From assembly GCA_002633005.1 (NCBI GenBank), contig NMRA01000627.1:154561-215529 (forward strand): a stretch of DNA of 60,969 nt, read 5' to 3'. The notes beneath the pieces are model-generated. The model saw only the letters and a program-made list of their open reading frames with translations, made no database searches and was not told the origin of the DNA. Within the stretch, counting starts at the first letter, position 1, and every line of letters begins with the position of its first letter. The stretch is from Phoronis australis (Eukaryota; Animalia; Phoronida). Positions 38,340 through 53,635 of the stretch are shown here, in pieces. The translations under genes were made by a program, and so were the position numbers.

Positions 38340-39200
38340 GCAAACTATTCTAAGAGATGGTAAAAAAGTTGACAAACTGTATGTCGATGTCCAGTTGTTG
38401 GATGAACGATGAAACAGTTTCTCATATTTGCTTGTTGTTGCGGCGATCAGGATAGTGATGTTTGTTTTGTGGCACTGTGGTAAGGAGTTTTATTTTCTTA
38501 AGAACCAAGCACATGAGCACTGCAGCAAATATAGAATCGAAAATTCGCCATCGTTTTCATTAACGAAGTAGCTGTTAAAGGAATTGCTTCCAGTACAAAA
38601 TTATAGAATTACCAACTTGTTCATTTGATGTACCTCTATGGTAAGAAAAAAGTAATTCGCTGATCCTTCAAGGTATGTTTATCTTGTAACTTGTATGGAA
38701 TGATTGATAAAGCAAAGAACCCAAGGTGAAGACTTTCAGTCTAGCTTTTAGTATTGGGGGGACAAAAGGACAAATGTTAGCGTATAAATTGCCTCATATG
38801 TCTGCAAACTATTCTATGGGATTGCAAAAAACTGAATGCCAGCATTTACTTTATCTCTATTTTGAGTTATCGGTTGAGCGACGAAGCAGTTTCGCATATT
38901 TTTTGTTGTGACGGCAATCAGGATATCAATGTTTGCTTTGTGGCTCTGTGGTAAGGAGTTTTTGTTTTCTTAAAAACCACGGTCTTGAGCACTACAGCAA
39001 CTATAGCATCGAAATTTGCCATTGTTTTCATTAGCAAAGTAGTTGTAACAGGATTTGCATCCAGTTATAAATTATAATAGTATTACCGACTTGTCCATTT
39101 GATGTATTTCTATGTCGAAAAAAGGAATTCACTGATCCCTCACTGTACATGTTCATGTATCTTGTATCTTTTATGGCATGATTGAATATGCGTATGGGGC
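38340..39200. repeat. ~470-bp diverged tandem duplication, also at ~56960-57740
   Basis: GC(G/A)ATCAGGATA..GTGGTAAGGAGTTT recurs at ~38443 and ~38914. Confidence 0.7.
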
Positions 39201-42199
39201 AAATCGCCTTGTGAAGCTATACCGGATCTTATCGACAAGTCTATGAATTTTGGAAAATATATACAAAATTATACATTTCATCTCAATGAAAGTAGATATT
39301 TTTAAAGTGTAAAAACTGCATAACCTGATTTTTTATTGTTTTCCTATCTACCTTTGATTGGATCACATGGGTGCATTGATATCCCCACGACGATATCGAA
39401 ATTTCATGTGATTATGTTCTTGATGAAATCTCAAGAACGGTGCTTCAATTTAGTAACTTACCAATTCATAGATGTTTTATGCAACCTTTGAAAATCGTAC
39501 AGGTCGTTCTGCAAAAATACAACGTTTCTCAGTGAAATAAAATCCCTAACAACGCGATATAATGCATACAATGCACTGTCTTTAAGTTAAATATGAACCC
39601 ATTCTGCTATGTCTGAGGTATGATAAGCGCTTCCCCAGGAAATAGATTTAAAAATAAAAAATCAGTTAACGGAACGAGCATTGGCAAGTGCGCCTATTCG
39701 ATGACGTCATTAAGTCTTGGTGAGATTTGGCTTAGAAATTTGGTTCATTTGCTTACACATTGTTCAGTGATTTTGCTTTTGTTTTAGTTTTCTTAATTCA
39801 AATGTTTATATTTTCTGATTATCTATTGTATCGTTTCAATTGTTTCAAACGAAATCCATGAAGTGTGTCTTTTTTGTTCAAATTTTACAAAAGCTTATTT
39901 TTGTTCTTTAACCAAAATCATGATGCTTAAAAGTGTTTTCTAAACATAGAAAAACTGAGTTGTGGTGAATCGTGTCAGTCACTTTGTAAACATTGGCTGT
40001 ATAACAACTTTTTTAAAAATCAAATCTGAAGAAATATATTGTCGGAGTAATTTGGTCATTAAACATCATTTGATAATCAAAATGAAAACTGTCAGCATTT
40101 GATTCATTCTATAATGCTACTTTAAGCAACTTCTATATTTTTTCATCATTCGGAAATTCGTGACAGAACTATCTAGACATTAGCGGATTTTTCAAAATCG
40201 TAGTACAACGAGTTACATGTTGAAGCATACAATCAAGTCTTAACTGGGGCCTTATTCACAAACACTTTTGGACCTACAACAAGTTGGATTCATGGCAATA
40301 AGTAACCTACCATTTTAGGCAGGCTTGAAGGACCAAGGGTCGGCAAAAAGCTAAATCTACAGAAGTTACAAACAACAGTCCCTCTCTACCTTTAAGCCAA
40401 ATGCCACTTAGGCGTTAAAGAGGAGAGTATTATATGCCGAGCGCACTGAAACGATAGAGAAACCGGCCTTGAAAGCAGTGGATGTCGGACAGACAACAGC
40501 GAGAATTGACAATTTGTGAGAGAACCAGAACTTCGAAAAATCTATCCCCTTCAACAATAATCCCAAAATTGGGTTTTGGTCGTACAACGGTAATGCTCTG
40601 TTAAATGAAAGTTTAATTTTGGGGAGAAACTTCCAAACGTTAATCCTAAAGAAGGTAGTTTGCGTTTTCATGTAGAACGTAAAAATGACTAACCCAGTGA
40701 TTCAAAAAGAACACTGGCAAACGAAAGCGCACTCAATTTTCAGTTCTATGATACAGGTTAAAAAACAACTTGTATACTGTACGTTTATTGCATCGATTCT
40801 AGTGATCACCAATGCAAGTCAAAAATCTTAAGGGACGCGATTTCAAACCATTGACATGAATCAGTGTACTAAAAATTAATTATGACCGATATTTATTGAT
40901 CAGCAATGTAGACACTACAGTTACAGACAGTGACCGCTTTTGTTAACGTCTTGTGGCAATGATAAAAATAATTGTTTGTAGTGTGATTGATTACAAGTTT
41001 TACTGTGATGAGGTATGAAGTAATATGCATGCCTAATATGCAGATACTAGGTAGTTGAAAAAATATTTACCGTGTTTAATGAATCCGTTTGTTATGAAAC
41101 ACTGCAAATGTATGATTGCTAATTGTACATACGAAGCACACCCGATTAGAATACAAACAGACAAATGCTTGATGATCATGGGAGTACCTCTATTACATGC
41201 CAGAACGACATTAGATAGTTGTTGAGCCTTAGGGGATAATAAAGCTTACATAACATCACACTGAGCCACCTACACCAGGCATCTACAGACGATACGCTAT
41301 TTCAAAAGAAGCCACAACTACTCATTTTTCATAGTCATAACTGCTCATCTTTCATCGTATTACTAAATCACAAACACCTAGATTTATATAAGACGTTTCA
41401 TAGTAATATGCTACAAAACCTGCTCTCCCACATTTATGGAAGGCCAAAGTGGAAACATTTAACGACATATATTTTCTAATGCAAAACATTATACATCTCC
41501 AGGACCAAAAATAAATATCCCAAAACCAGAACTTTTACTTAAGCAAGAATCAAAACATTGAGATTGTTTTCACACAGAAGACCAAAAAACAAATCAAGAC
41601 CAAATTCACCACGTCAAGTCTGAAAATTTATCACATCAGCACCTACAATTTATTACGTGAGGACCAAAAATTCTTCACTTCAGGATCAAAATTAAACAGG
41701 ACTGAAAATTTAATAAAATTTAATAAAAATAAAATCTACCTTGTCAGTAACTTTCCACGCCAAGACACCACGTCACCATGCCCAAGCATTGATCCTTCAA
41801 AGAGATTACGTCCGTACTACATGTATAAGCAAGGGCTAAGCGTTCAACGTCTCGCCAACGACAAACATACATGTATTATCTTGGAAATGCGGTTGAATTT
41901 CTTTCATCTCCTCCACGTTTTACAATACAGATGCCAATGTATAGGAACACATTGGATTGTCATAATTGCATAATGGATGGTCACGTGGTCTCCGAGCATG
42001 AAAACAATGCTGTCGTGGCGTGATAAATTTTATATCCTGGCGTGATAAATTGTATGTCCTGACGCGATAAATCCTGGTTGCAGTTGTTTTTGATTTTACA
42101 GAGAATTGAATTTCTAAATAGAAAATGGCTGTTATTGATTTTTTCACTTTAATATCCGGTGGCTGCTCCACCNTTACGCAACTGCTACTGTAGCCTAAA

Positions 42200-42403
42200 A
42201 ATAGAAGCCGACCAGTTGGTCGGCTGACGGCCGGTCGGCTGAAGGGTCGGCTGAAGGGTCGGCTGGGGAGTCGCCTTATGAGTCGGCACTGCGGGCGGCT
42301 GGCGGTCGGCTAATTTTTAGCCGACCGGTCGGCAAATTTGCCGACCGGTCGACGGCCGGCCGTCGACCAATTTCCTACCGGTCGGCCAAAAATTCGTGAT
42401 GTG
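42200..42403. repeat. GC-rich GCCGACC/GGTCGGC array ending in ...GTG, probable transposon terminus
   Basis: About 12 direct and inverted motif copies next to a single N at 42173; lies in a ~40645-42410 block absent from paralogous flanks. Confidence 0.65.
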
Positions 42404-44325
42404 TGCTGTGCATGCATACACAACATTAATTTGTAGCTATAGCGCAAACAATCTAAACTTACAACTTCTCAATAAAACAGACGCCTAACGTTTCCACTTG
42501 CACTTTTTACATGAGCAGCTCTTTAGTGGTATTTGTCAACCTCAAAACTTGTTTCTGTTTCCAATTGAAGATACGCTGATTGATGTGTTTTCGAAAGCGT
42601 GTACTAGCTTCCCTGTGGAATTATTTTTTACGGACAAAAATGGTCGAATGAGACAGACTTTTTAACCGGATTTGACAGGAGCAACAAAACAACAAAACAC
42701 GTTGTGTTTTTGCGATTATATGTATTCAAAATGACTTGTATGTAATCGTGGTTTTGTGAGTCGAAACGTCGCTGCCGTTGTCCAGTTTGATTTAGAAACG
42801 AACAGTACGTTATTCACCGTCTTGTGCTGCATGCACACTACACTCTCTGCACCACTGGTTGATGTAGAAGTGTCAACCTTCTTGGAGCCGTTTATCAAAT
42901 AGCCTTTTAATTGACCATTTATGCATTTAAAAGTTCACATTTCCCGAATCCTAGATGAGTGAACAATCAATACATAAAGTGGTGTGGAACGCGAAAACTC
43001 GTAAAATACCTTTTCAACAGATAGTAGAGAGTCTTATTCTTAAGAATGTTCACGTGAGAGATATTCGTTTCGCATGTTGCAAGAATTTCTGAATAAAAAA
43101 TCACCACCCCAAAACGCAGACGAAATATGAACTTCCTTCATCCTTATACAAATTCCGAATTCTCCGCCCCCTAATAAATATGTGGTTACTGCGCTCAAAG
43201 AATTACCCAGTAAGCATTTGCCAACCGTAGAATCAAAGGTCAAAGCTCACATTTTCCATATCAACGAAATGTGCTACGACTGTGTCTTGCCATACCAAAT
43301 AAGGAGACGTTTGCATTGTAGGATAAACATTGACGAAGTCACCAGTAGCCGACATAATTTTTTGAAGTTAGAAACTAATGGGACGTCAACAATTTTTAAA
43401 CTCGTTAAAATTTCTGTTGCAATAGCAAACAAAAACTTCGAACAATGTAGTTTAGCTTGTTTTGGGCGTTCTTTGTCACTTTAATTCATGCCAAAATGTC
43501 GTTTAACGCGTTTATATCTCCTAACCGCCGCTTGTTTGAAGCGTGTGCTTTTGAACATAAATTTCTGAAAAAAATCTAAAAGGTGATCCATTTATTGTTT
43601 GAGTTATATATGTTTGTGTAAGAGCGTTTAGAAATTGTGTGTTTCCGGCAAGGCAAATAATGTATCATCAAACAACAGATGTATCAGCAAATTAAATTCC
43701 TTTTTAAATGACTATCGAGGTTTGCATTGTCAATATCCTCGTTGCTCGAATGTAAAGCAAAGGCATGAGAAACTTGCACGGGCATGAACCATGAAATAAG
43801 TGTGCATAATTTGCGATGCGAAACCACACTTGCACTGAAGCGAAATCGACGTCTCAAACTGCAATATGTAAATGTGTAGAAAATGGAGAGGGCTGAAATG
43901 GCTGCTAAAGATACAAGTTTGCCATGCAATTGAAATAGACTGAAGTGAACCCAATCATCTTGCATATTTTGCTTATGAATAGCTATTAAAAAATGTCGTT
44001 AGTAGCAATGAAAACTATAGTTGTAAATTCATACAATATTTCTGGAGAAAAATATTAAGAGACTTGAAAATTTCCTGGATGTTGTTTTTGGGAAATCATT
44101 GGTATCGTTGATTAAGAGCGCAGTTGGAGCTTTTGCGGGAATAAAATGTTCAGCTCCTAAAACTTACCAGTGGAATATACAACACAAGTATTACATTCAA
44201 GCACGGAAGTTAACTTCAACATGGAATTATGAATGGTCTTTAATAGCACATACATTTCATCAATGCTTTTTAATATTTAATTGCGAACTTTTAAAGCCGT
44301 GCCTTGATCACAGCATTATTCTGAC

Positions 44326-44653
44326 TTAAAGTACACATATGTAACGTGCTTTGTCGCTGCACCCCTTACTTTCCATGTTCTGGTTACTGGGATTGAAGAC
44401 TGTGCAAGCGTTTCCGTCTGTAAAAGATCCAGAGGGCACGTGGTATGAGTAGTACAGTAACACTCATAAGTTTAAATTGCCGATTACTTACCTGAAAACA
44501 CAACATCTCCTGGTGTTGGTGAAAGAAATTTATTGTTTGAACTATAAAGATTCATATATGTAAAAGAAATTTGTAGTTTGAACTAATTATAGTGATACAC
44601 ACAACACATATATATATATATATATATATATAACTGCCAAATTATAGTGATAT

Positions 44654-44690
<37 letters not shown>

Positions 44691-46764
44691 ACTGCCGGAT
44701 TTAGGGAGGCAATGTTTCACCGCTTTGGAAGGTCCAAAAACAAACGCGGCCGACATGTCATTTGTAGCGGTTACGCAAACATTAACCTTCAGAAATTATC
44801 ATTCGCCCCTCCCCCCACTTCCCCTATTCCCCCCATTCTTACACCTCCTTGAAGTGCAAAAGCTCAATAGAGAATCAGTAATTATTTTATCTGGTCCTAA
44901 AAATATAATCAAGCTGAAACGCATGCTCTTTGTATGTTCATGTACACTGGACTTGATTCACAAATGAGGATTTTTTATTTCAAGTTAAAACATGAAGTTA
45001 TTTCCACAACAAAGCGATAATGCATAGGGAGGCAGTGAGCAATTTGTGATCACGGCAGAGAGAATTTCCTGTAAAACGTCCATACTTAACAACAAAATGT
45101 ACATACTTGGTTCTGTTGATTTAAAAACGCAGCTTTATTCTAAAAGAACGACACTACTACAGTTTGTTCGTTACACGAGTTACCAATAATTAAGTTGGAA
45201 AGAGTTTTTGAACTAGATAATCAGCTACAAAGCTGACAATTTATAGGAGTCAAATTTTGAAAAGAGGACAAAAGATAAATTCTTACCAACAACACTCCAC
45301 ACCTCAACATCAGTCCAATTAACTTTCCTTCCACAGCCGAGTGTGTCGTTGTAGGTGGATTTTTTGCACTAGCCATTAGACGGGAAGTACTTGTTGGTGT
45401 TGTCATACGAGTAGCTACTATGGAAGAACATCAGGTCGTGACCCCCGCCAAATGGTGGACTATAGCTGTAGCTACTCCATAGAGCGTATTGTTGCTCCCT
45501 GCACTGGCTGTACTTGGCTGATGTGCATCCTTGTCTAGACAGCTGAAACACGAAAGCGTTGTTGTCCGTCTTGTAGCTTTGGAAACTTGTCCAAGAGACT
45601 GAAGCATAACCTCCGAACGTAGTTCCATTCTTTAACTCCTTCCCAATAGAGATGGTTGTGCCCTTATTGTTGCATCTGCTGTGAAATGCTGAACCGTTCA
45701 TACCGTCACGTGATGCCCGGTACAGGAGCTTGAATGCCTTTCCTGGCAACCATTTTCTCAGCAAAGATACGTGGTATGAAGTCAATAGGCTTGATTTGAG
45801 AATGTCCTCCATGTCTAAAATTCAAACGTATCATAGGTGTATCATCCGTGTTGATAAGCTGTCAGTTCAACTTTCATTATTGGAATTACAGCGAAACAAC
45901 AAAAAATGACAGCACCCGAAATATTGAAATATTAGTTTACATCATTTTTGTCACACGAATATTCAAAAAGGACCCACAAGGAAACGTGAAAACTGAGGAG
46001 TTTATTCTTCAACGAAACGAATGTAACTGACAATGTTGCTGCTAAAAACAACATACAATGACTTGACTGAATTAAACGTAAAATGATGTATTGTATACAA
46101 CTAATCTATGTTGTAAGATGATGGGATATTGAAATAAGTACAAGTGTAAACTAGGTACTCGTGCATCATATAGAATGGAAGATTCCATGCTTCTGAAAAA
46201 TTGTCATTCACGCGTTTGGCCTTAATACTTTTCCCCGTATCATTACCTCGAGCCCATATGGTGTTGCCTTTTCTCAACGCTTCTTGACCAAGAAGGGATT
46301 TCAAGTCATGAGAGTCCATGGAAACTATATGAGAATTGTCTTCAAGGCATTTTCTTTTCGCAGTTTCCCAATCCACTGATACGTCGCTCAGTTTGAAGCA
46401 CGAATGCCCAAAGTAACGATATTGACTTGGGCAGTATAGTTTACTTAGAATGCTCTCGAAGGAGGATGATGACATTTGGAGGACGAAGAAATTTCGCGTT
46501 GACGTATGACATCCTGAAGTAACTCAGTAGCAATACGTCGTTCTTCACGCTTTTGTTTCGCACTTCTTCAAGCTCCGTTTGAAAGTGAGTTATGGTTTGT
46601 AGAACAGTCGATTGGAAAATCCGGTTGCTTTCTTCTTCCTGTTTCAATAAAGAGATTACGGATTGTTCGAGAACAGATCTCTTCGTGGCTGCCGAAGTCG
46701 CGTCGAGAGACGTGACTTCATGACACAGCACAACGAGGACTATTAGGAGATTAGCGGTGTACAT
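44326..46764 (-). pseudogene. Copy 3 (type A): disabled paralog; exons 46764-46247, 45814-45287, [44509-44492], 44417-44326
   Basis: Exon 1 has a 1-nt deletion near 46548 and a 17-nt duplication at 46461-46494 (net frameshift). TAC>TAG stop at 45369-45371 in the TLDc exon. The AATAAA present in the other copies is lost. Confidence 0.8.
44586..44696. repeat. Duplicated (CA)n(TA)n microsatellite cassette
   Basis: AATTATAGTGATA(CA)n(TA)nACTGCC occurs twice. Confidence 0.85.
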
Positions 46765-49700
46765 TTCTGCTCATGGATTTATCGACAAGCACAGCTAGGC
46801 CGTTTCACAACTCAAGCGGGCAACAAATGTCCTCAAAATGACAGGAACCTACATGTAACAACCCATTATAAGGTGAACGTTTCTGATAAGAAAAACATCT
46901 CTTTCAAGGTGGTATTTTTCTTTGATCAGAAATATTGAGATTAGATAAATTCTTGAAAATTGCCACGTGTATTGCTGAAAGATAGAGCCGTAGGCCTGCA
47001 CACGCGTATGTGGACGCGTATATGGATAAACCTGCGAGAGGAGTAACCATTGATCTTTGCATGAAAATATGCGGATTTTAATTCAGCTCTTCCATTAATA
47101 TGAGCTGCAAAACTTTTAAATAAATACTTACGCCATGACGATACCATATCTTCTCCAAATAAGTTACATTGAGATGAGTACCACAGATAAAACAAACTAG
47201 ACAAATTTTTGTAGAGAGTCTTCGTTATTTGATCGTAATCTAACCAGCCGATGACGTGGAGTTTAGGTCATGTATTTACAGTACCGTTAAAACTTTATTT
47301 ACTTTAGTTGAAATATGCCATCCGAAAGAATATGTCTAGTAGTTTATGACAAAATCGTTTGTGAAACTGTTTAGAAGTGACAACACTAACAACTTTATCG
47401 TCATATATTTCTAAGAATGGTAGTTAAAATGTAAAAATATTCAAAATTATTTTAACTCATACAGTTGATCTAAGTAGCGATGTGCATTTGAGAGACCCCT
47501 AGATGTTCCCGGAATATTATGGGATGGGTGGGAAATATTCAGTTTTTCCGCGGGGGTTTCGATCGTATCCCCAGAACCTCCCTGGTTACGGGCCTGAAGC
47601 ATAAACTGAACATATGTATTCTACTGTTATGGAAGTCAACATTTCCAGCACCCCGGGATGACTGACTTCTTTTTAGGAGTAGGTGTGCTACTGTTCCTAT
47701 CATAGAATTGCTCATTGAGAAAATGCCCCTTTTCAGCGATTGTCTGCCAACATGGTTTGATACTTGGTGTATGTCGATTCCCATACTCCAGCAAGTTTGA
47801 CGATGACAGTATTTATCAAATCATATCACCGTTGTAAGTCACGAGAAAACAACACACGAAGATCTTGATAACCGACTTAGAAACTATACCGATACGTGAT
47901 ATATTACATGAATCGCAGGGGTAGATAGGGAAGGTTATTGCACAAAGCACCGGTTAGTTTACATGAATTGCGTCAAAATATATGTGTAAACGACCAAGTC
48001 GTTTTTACTGTGCATTTATAGGATTTTGCTAATGCTTCTCACTTTAAACATTGTGAAAAATGCTACAAAAAGTCGGTATGCATGGTACCATCCGTGTAAA
48101 GCAAGATATGGACAAGTGCTACTGAACACCACAAGACTTCTACTAAGGAAATTGTCAGGTGACCCGACTGATTGTAGATTGGTAAAAAAAATCAATTCCT
48201 ACAGGCTGTATGCTTTCAGAACACATCTAGTTTTACAAAGCAAATACTTGAAAACATGCACTTTTACTCAGTATACACTTGGCTAAGTAGACAAACTTAT
48301 GAATAAGGCTCAACATATCCTTTAAAACACTTTTCCTGCTGTCGTAATTCCGGCAATTTTCTACTCATGTTTGCCAGAATATACCATTGGCTTACGAAAA
48401 AGGCAAACATCTTGAAACATCGATAGTTGATGGACATGATTTCGCACACATTTCTCACTGCGACTGATATAGCTGTATTCGATGCCATCCGATGTCAACA
48501 AGCTCAAATAAATTAGTGGACTTAACCTAATAAAGCAATGGGAAGGGTTGACAATGGGTTTCATTCCTCTGTTTTTAAATCACTGAACCACTATGTCTAG
48601 AAGTGAATTTCTGTCCACCAAATCTGAGTCGAGGTCAAGGGAAGTCGCTTTCTCGCATTCATTACTATAGAGGGCGTCAACATGGAAAGTTTTGTATAAA
48701 AACACGAAGTTACTTCATATCAATTAAAAAGGCATTCAACAATATTTTGATTATTTCAGCCAGTCTTCGTCCTGTCACCTGCTAATGCCTCATTGGTGCA
48801 AACCTTGAAACATGGAAACAGGAATGAACTACAAATTATACTCCGTATGTCACAGATAGAATATTAAGATTCCCGGTTGGTGGTTTTTTCCACAGATGCC
48901 TTGTAACACGTTAAAAGGGTTGGTCACGCTGGTCCGTTATTCCAAATTTTTTAGGTTTGGCGAGTGCTAAATACCATTATTTGTTTCAGGGAGTTGAATG
49001 GGAATGTCGTTTTTAATAGGACAAAACCATGTTAAGTATCCTTTTAAACAGCCTCCAAATTTCTAAGAAATTGGACATCGTATTGTATTATACAGGTATT
49101 TCCAAGAAAACGATAGTAAAACTGAATTAACTGTCTGCCATATTATTAAGTATTGTTGTTTAGAAAATGTTTTGATACGCTGAGAACTGGATTTATTTCT
49201 CTGTCGGCTTCCTTACGCTATTTGTCTGTGGCCACGTAAATAACAAAGATGGTAGAAAATCAACATTGTATCCATTGATGCAAGTGTCCTCTATACAAAC
49301 TTCAATCACTACCTCCAGTTTTCTATACTCTCGCCTTTAATGAAAGGACAGTTTTAAATTCTGATTAAGCTCACAAAATTCACACCGTGACCTGAACTTT
49401 TAAGACCCTGATCTAGCCTGTAATTTGTCGGAAATAAGTTGAGACCAATTGCATAATGGTAAATGACGTGAATCAAATTTTCCTTTTGATAAAAACACGA
49501 GTTTAATGTTTCTTTATGTAATGCTTCTGAAAAACCCATGATTATTTTACTTAACATCTGATGCGCACCACCTAGACTGGCCAATTTAGTTTATTAAGTA
49601 AGCCCTACTCTCATTGGATAATGTCTAGCTCATATGGTTTACACTAGTCAATAAAAAACAAGTTCACATACTGAGAGCAACTACCTGTATATCTGCTTCC

Positions 49701-50899
49701 ATGGAGGCTAATTGTTATTGGTGTGATTTTGGAAAGCTCAAATACAGGCGAAATAATGCATTGTCTGGGAATACTGACAAATGCATTGGCATATAAGAAT
49801 GTAAGGTTATAGCATTCCTTTACAAGGCCAGTCGTCTTTTGTGCCTTCTGCTAACCTGCCATGATCTACACTATCGCAATAATAGAGTATTGATTCACTT
49901 AAGCATTCCATGAAATTGCAGAGAAGCACCTGCCGCAAAGGTTACAATGGACAGCATACGTTGAAATAATGTGTTTCTTCAGAAGAAATGAAATCGGATG
50001 GCTTATTGTTCGAATATTCTCATATCAATTTATTTGATACTTACGTTAAAAGTTGCTTATGCAATAAACGAAACCAAGAATATGGCACGAAATTTATCCC
50101 ACTAAATGTCGTTTGTAATTGTAACACATTCGAGTTAATGACGGTTTTCTTTTTATATTGCAATACAAAATATCTTGGAAATAGTTCAAGTTTGTATCAA
50201 AGACTAATGGAAAAAGAATCATGTGCTTCGTTCCGCAATAACTTTGTGAACACTCTTTAACAATGCTACCGACATTGCCTAACTACTTGGGATGAATAGG
50301 AATATTCATTGTCACGGCAACACCTTATGTTTTCAAAAAGTATTAACTGTTGTAAAAATGTTATGTAGCTCTAACGATGTTGAACAAGGAGTTGACAAGT
50401 TTATTTGCCATTGCAATTATTTTTGTACTTTCGAAATAGTGCTCATCCTACTGAAATACTAGTTACACACATTTGGTTTCAACATGGATATGTAAAGAAG
50501 TCCTGACAAATCTGTTGCGAAAGATGTGCGCATTTTTTTATGTTGTCAATTGCCTAGACTACCATTTTCGTACTCAGATTCATACTGTGGCAGTTAATCA
50601 CTTACGATTTTTTTGAGATTTTATGCAGGCTTAAAGAGCAAGGCTAAGCAAATAAAGTAATTCTACAGACATCACTGATAGCAGCCCGTAATCGAACTGC
50701 CTACTAATTCTGCAAAAGCATCCGGACGCACTACTCCTAAACCAAATCCCACTTACGCGTTAAACAGCGGAGTACTTTAATAAGCAGAGGGTACTCAAAT
50801 GATAAATACGCCGATTGTCAGACACACAACGGCTAAATTTATTTGTAATAAAACCACAAAACACACCGTATTTTGTTGTTTTGTACCTCCAGTCAACGG

Positions 50900-52900
50900 T
50901 AGTAACTTCAAAAAATCGTCCCCGTTTAACTGTAATCCAAAACTTTCGAATTGTTGTTTTTCATGACGAAGTTGAAAGACGTCCTACTCCGATAATAAAT
51001 ATTGACATCGATGTAATCATCGGGCTTGCAAACTTTTACATTATCCCTTTAGGCTATTGATTTCCTTAGTGGAGTGTTCGTCCTTGAGGTAGTTATTGGA
51101 CATGACAGTTTTGTAAAATAACTTTTTGGTAACACCGGTCCGACGCGCAATGGATTCACAATTAATTCAGGACAGTATACAAAAGCATTGGTGCAGCCAA
51201 TAATCATCAGGGTTTGTCGTGTGCAACCTACCTCTTGATTGAAAAACAGCCAATTAAGAGAACCAAATACGCACTTCTTAGGAAGTCGACCACAACTGCA
51301 ACCTCATACAGCTCAGAGCACTCACTTTTGGCGTGAAGACAAAAACCTTTATCAGTATGCTTGTGATAAACTGATGTTGAAAATAGAATCTTGTCATTTC
51401 CAGGAAGTTCGTGGATAAACTTAAAAAAGTGACTCTGAAGTTCATTACGTACTGATAACAGGCCATCAAGATTACAATAATTATCAATACCAGCCAATTA
51501 TCTTACATAGCTAGGAATACCACCGATCACATTGCTAGTATGGTTTTCCTCTTCAGACTTAAATAACTTTGAAAAGTTTGGACCCAGAGGAGAGCCAGTG
51601 CTGACAACATCTTTTTTGTAGAAACAATTTACCATTTATTGGGGACAAATAAAACAACAACAATAATAAATATTTTAAGTTGTATTGGGAATTTCAGGGT
51701 CACAGCTCTACATATAAAGATTTCACAGAAGGAACCAGATGGGTTCCTTATTTACAAGAGATAACACACACATTTCCGATACCCAAAGTGTAATTGAGTA
51801 TCGGATACTAAGTGGCACAGGTTAGCATAGTACCAAGTGGGTACATAATACCAAATGGGTATTGGCCGATTGCCTACCAACTGGGTCGAGCAAAGCGGCA
51901 AACTCAATAACAAGTACCAAGTGGGTACAAACTGCCAAATGGGCAAATATCATATAAAGTACCAAGTAGGTACATCAAACAGCCAACTGGGCTATAACAA
52001 CCTGCAAAGCAGGTAATGGCAAAATAGCACTTTGGTAGTGCAGATGGTCAGCAACTCTCTCATATGAGTTGGTGAAATCTTGGGTGGCATTAAATGTGGG
52101 TGATGGTAAACACTATAAAAAATGATAGCAATTGTCGCATCAACAAGCATGTTGGTGAATAAAAACATAAGTTGGTAATGAGGGGATGGCACTTGCGTGC
52201 GCATAATATCAATGAAATCTGTACGAGATTTAATGGAGTATTGACTCTGAATGTACGGTTTTGTGATGTTAACTAGATGCTTCGCTCTCTTGTACGTAGG
52301 CGTCATGACTTGGGATATTATTGGCCGAAGAAGAACATCTTTTTGTGCATTTTAGGGTTACCATTGAGATAACCTTCGGAGAAGTCACCTTCGATTACAG
52401 AGAAAATGTGACCACCAACCTTAGAATTTATAGCCTTAATGGGACGATTAAGTTCATGGTTAAGATGGATGAAGGGTGTCCGACTAACGTTGGTAAACTT
52501 GGTAGGGTCACATATTAATACTCAATTTATCGGGATAGTCATCTTTGTTTAAAATAACGTACTGAGCAGACATGTCGGCGCAGCGAATAACGATACCATC
52601 ATTATTGTTGAGCCGCTTGGAAGCATCTCTGCAGACGACTAAGGAGAGAGCACACTGATGATTTTTGATGCGACACTGATACCCGTGCGAGAAAGTCCTT
52701 TTCTGCAGAGTCCCAATCATAGTCTGACAGGTTCACATAGGTTTCACGTTCCTCTGGTAGTTTAACGTCACTGTGGTAGAGACTGGGCAGTTTCTTTATG
52801 AAATTCTTCTCAAATATGAGCTCATGTTTCGCTATGTTCGTATGGATACACTTAAAAATAACCATTGTTAATGACGACAAGTGTCGTGTATTCAACCAAT
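50900..52900 (-). mobile_element. Degenerate Penelope-like retroelement
   Basis: TPTYKRAKHL..LFTN..VDATI..PPKI..MRELLTICTT; TGSPLGP; TSVYHKHTD..L..KSEC; IYYRSR..VMKNN. Interrupted by a ~370-bp insert at ~51640-52012. Confidence 0.75.
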
Positions 52901-53635
52901 TTTGTAAGTCGGAAAACTTGCTGTTGAAGTACTTCTAGTTATGTATTTTGTGTCCGTGTATTGTAAATTTTGTGTCTCAAATTATTTGTACTCGAACAAC
53001 ATGGATATCGGCTAATTAAATTCCATTTTGAATCACTGTCGAAGGTTTGACAGCCAATGTCTCCGTTGCTAGAATGTAAAACAAAAATATGAGAACTTTG
53101 GTCAGAAACCATGAAATCTGTGTGCATACTGAATGTTGCAAATCAACATTCGCACTTAGAAGAAACCGGTGTCTCAATTTGCTAATATTGTCATACTTGG
53201 AAAACACTGGAATGACTGCTTAAGATTCAAGTTTGTCATCAAATTGCAACCTAATGGAGTCATCTCAAGCAACTTGCATATTTTAGAGACATGCTTAAGT
53301 AATGTAGTGAATAACAATGGAAATCATAGCTCTAAATTTATACAATTAAGTATTTTGGTATAAAATCACGAAGGTTAAAAATTCCCTAGGATGCTGTATT
53401 TGTGAAATCAATGGTATCGTTGATTTTGACCGCAATGACAGGTTTTACCGGAATAAAACGTTCAACTTCTACAACTTACCAATGAAAAAACAACACAAGA
53501 ATTGTATTTAAGCAGATATGTTTATTTAATCTTTGAAGTTTGAATGCTCTTTGGCAGTACACAAACTTCGTCAGTGCTTTCAATTCCTAAATGCGTACAC
53601 TTTAAGCCGTGTCGTGAGAGCCGTATTATTCTGAC

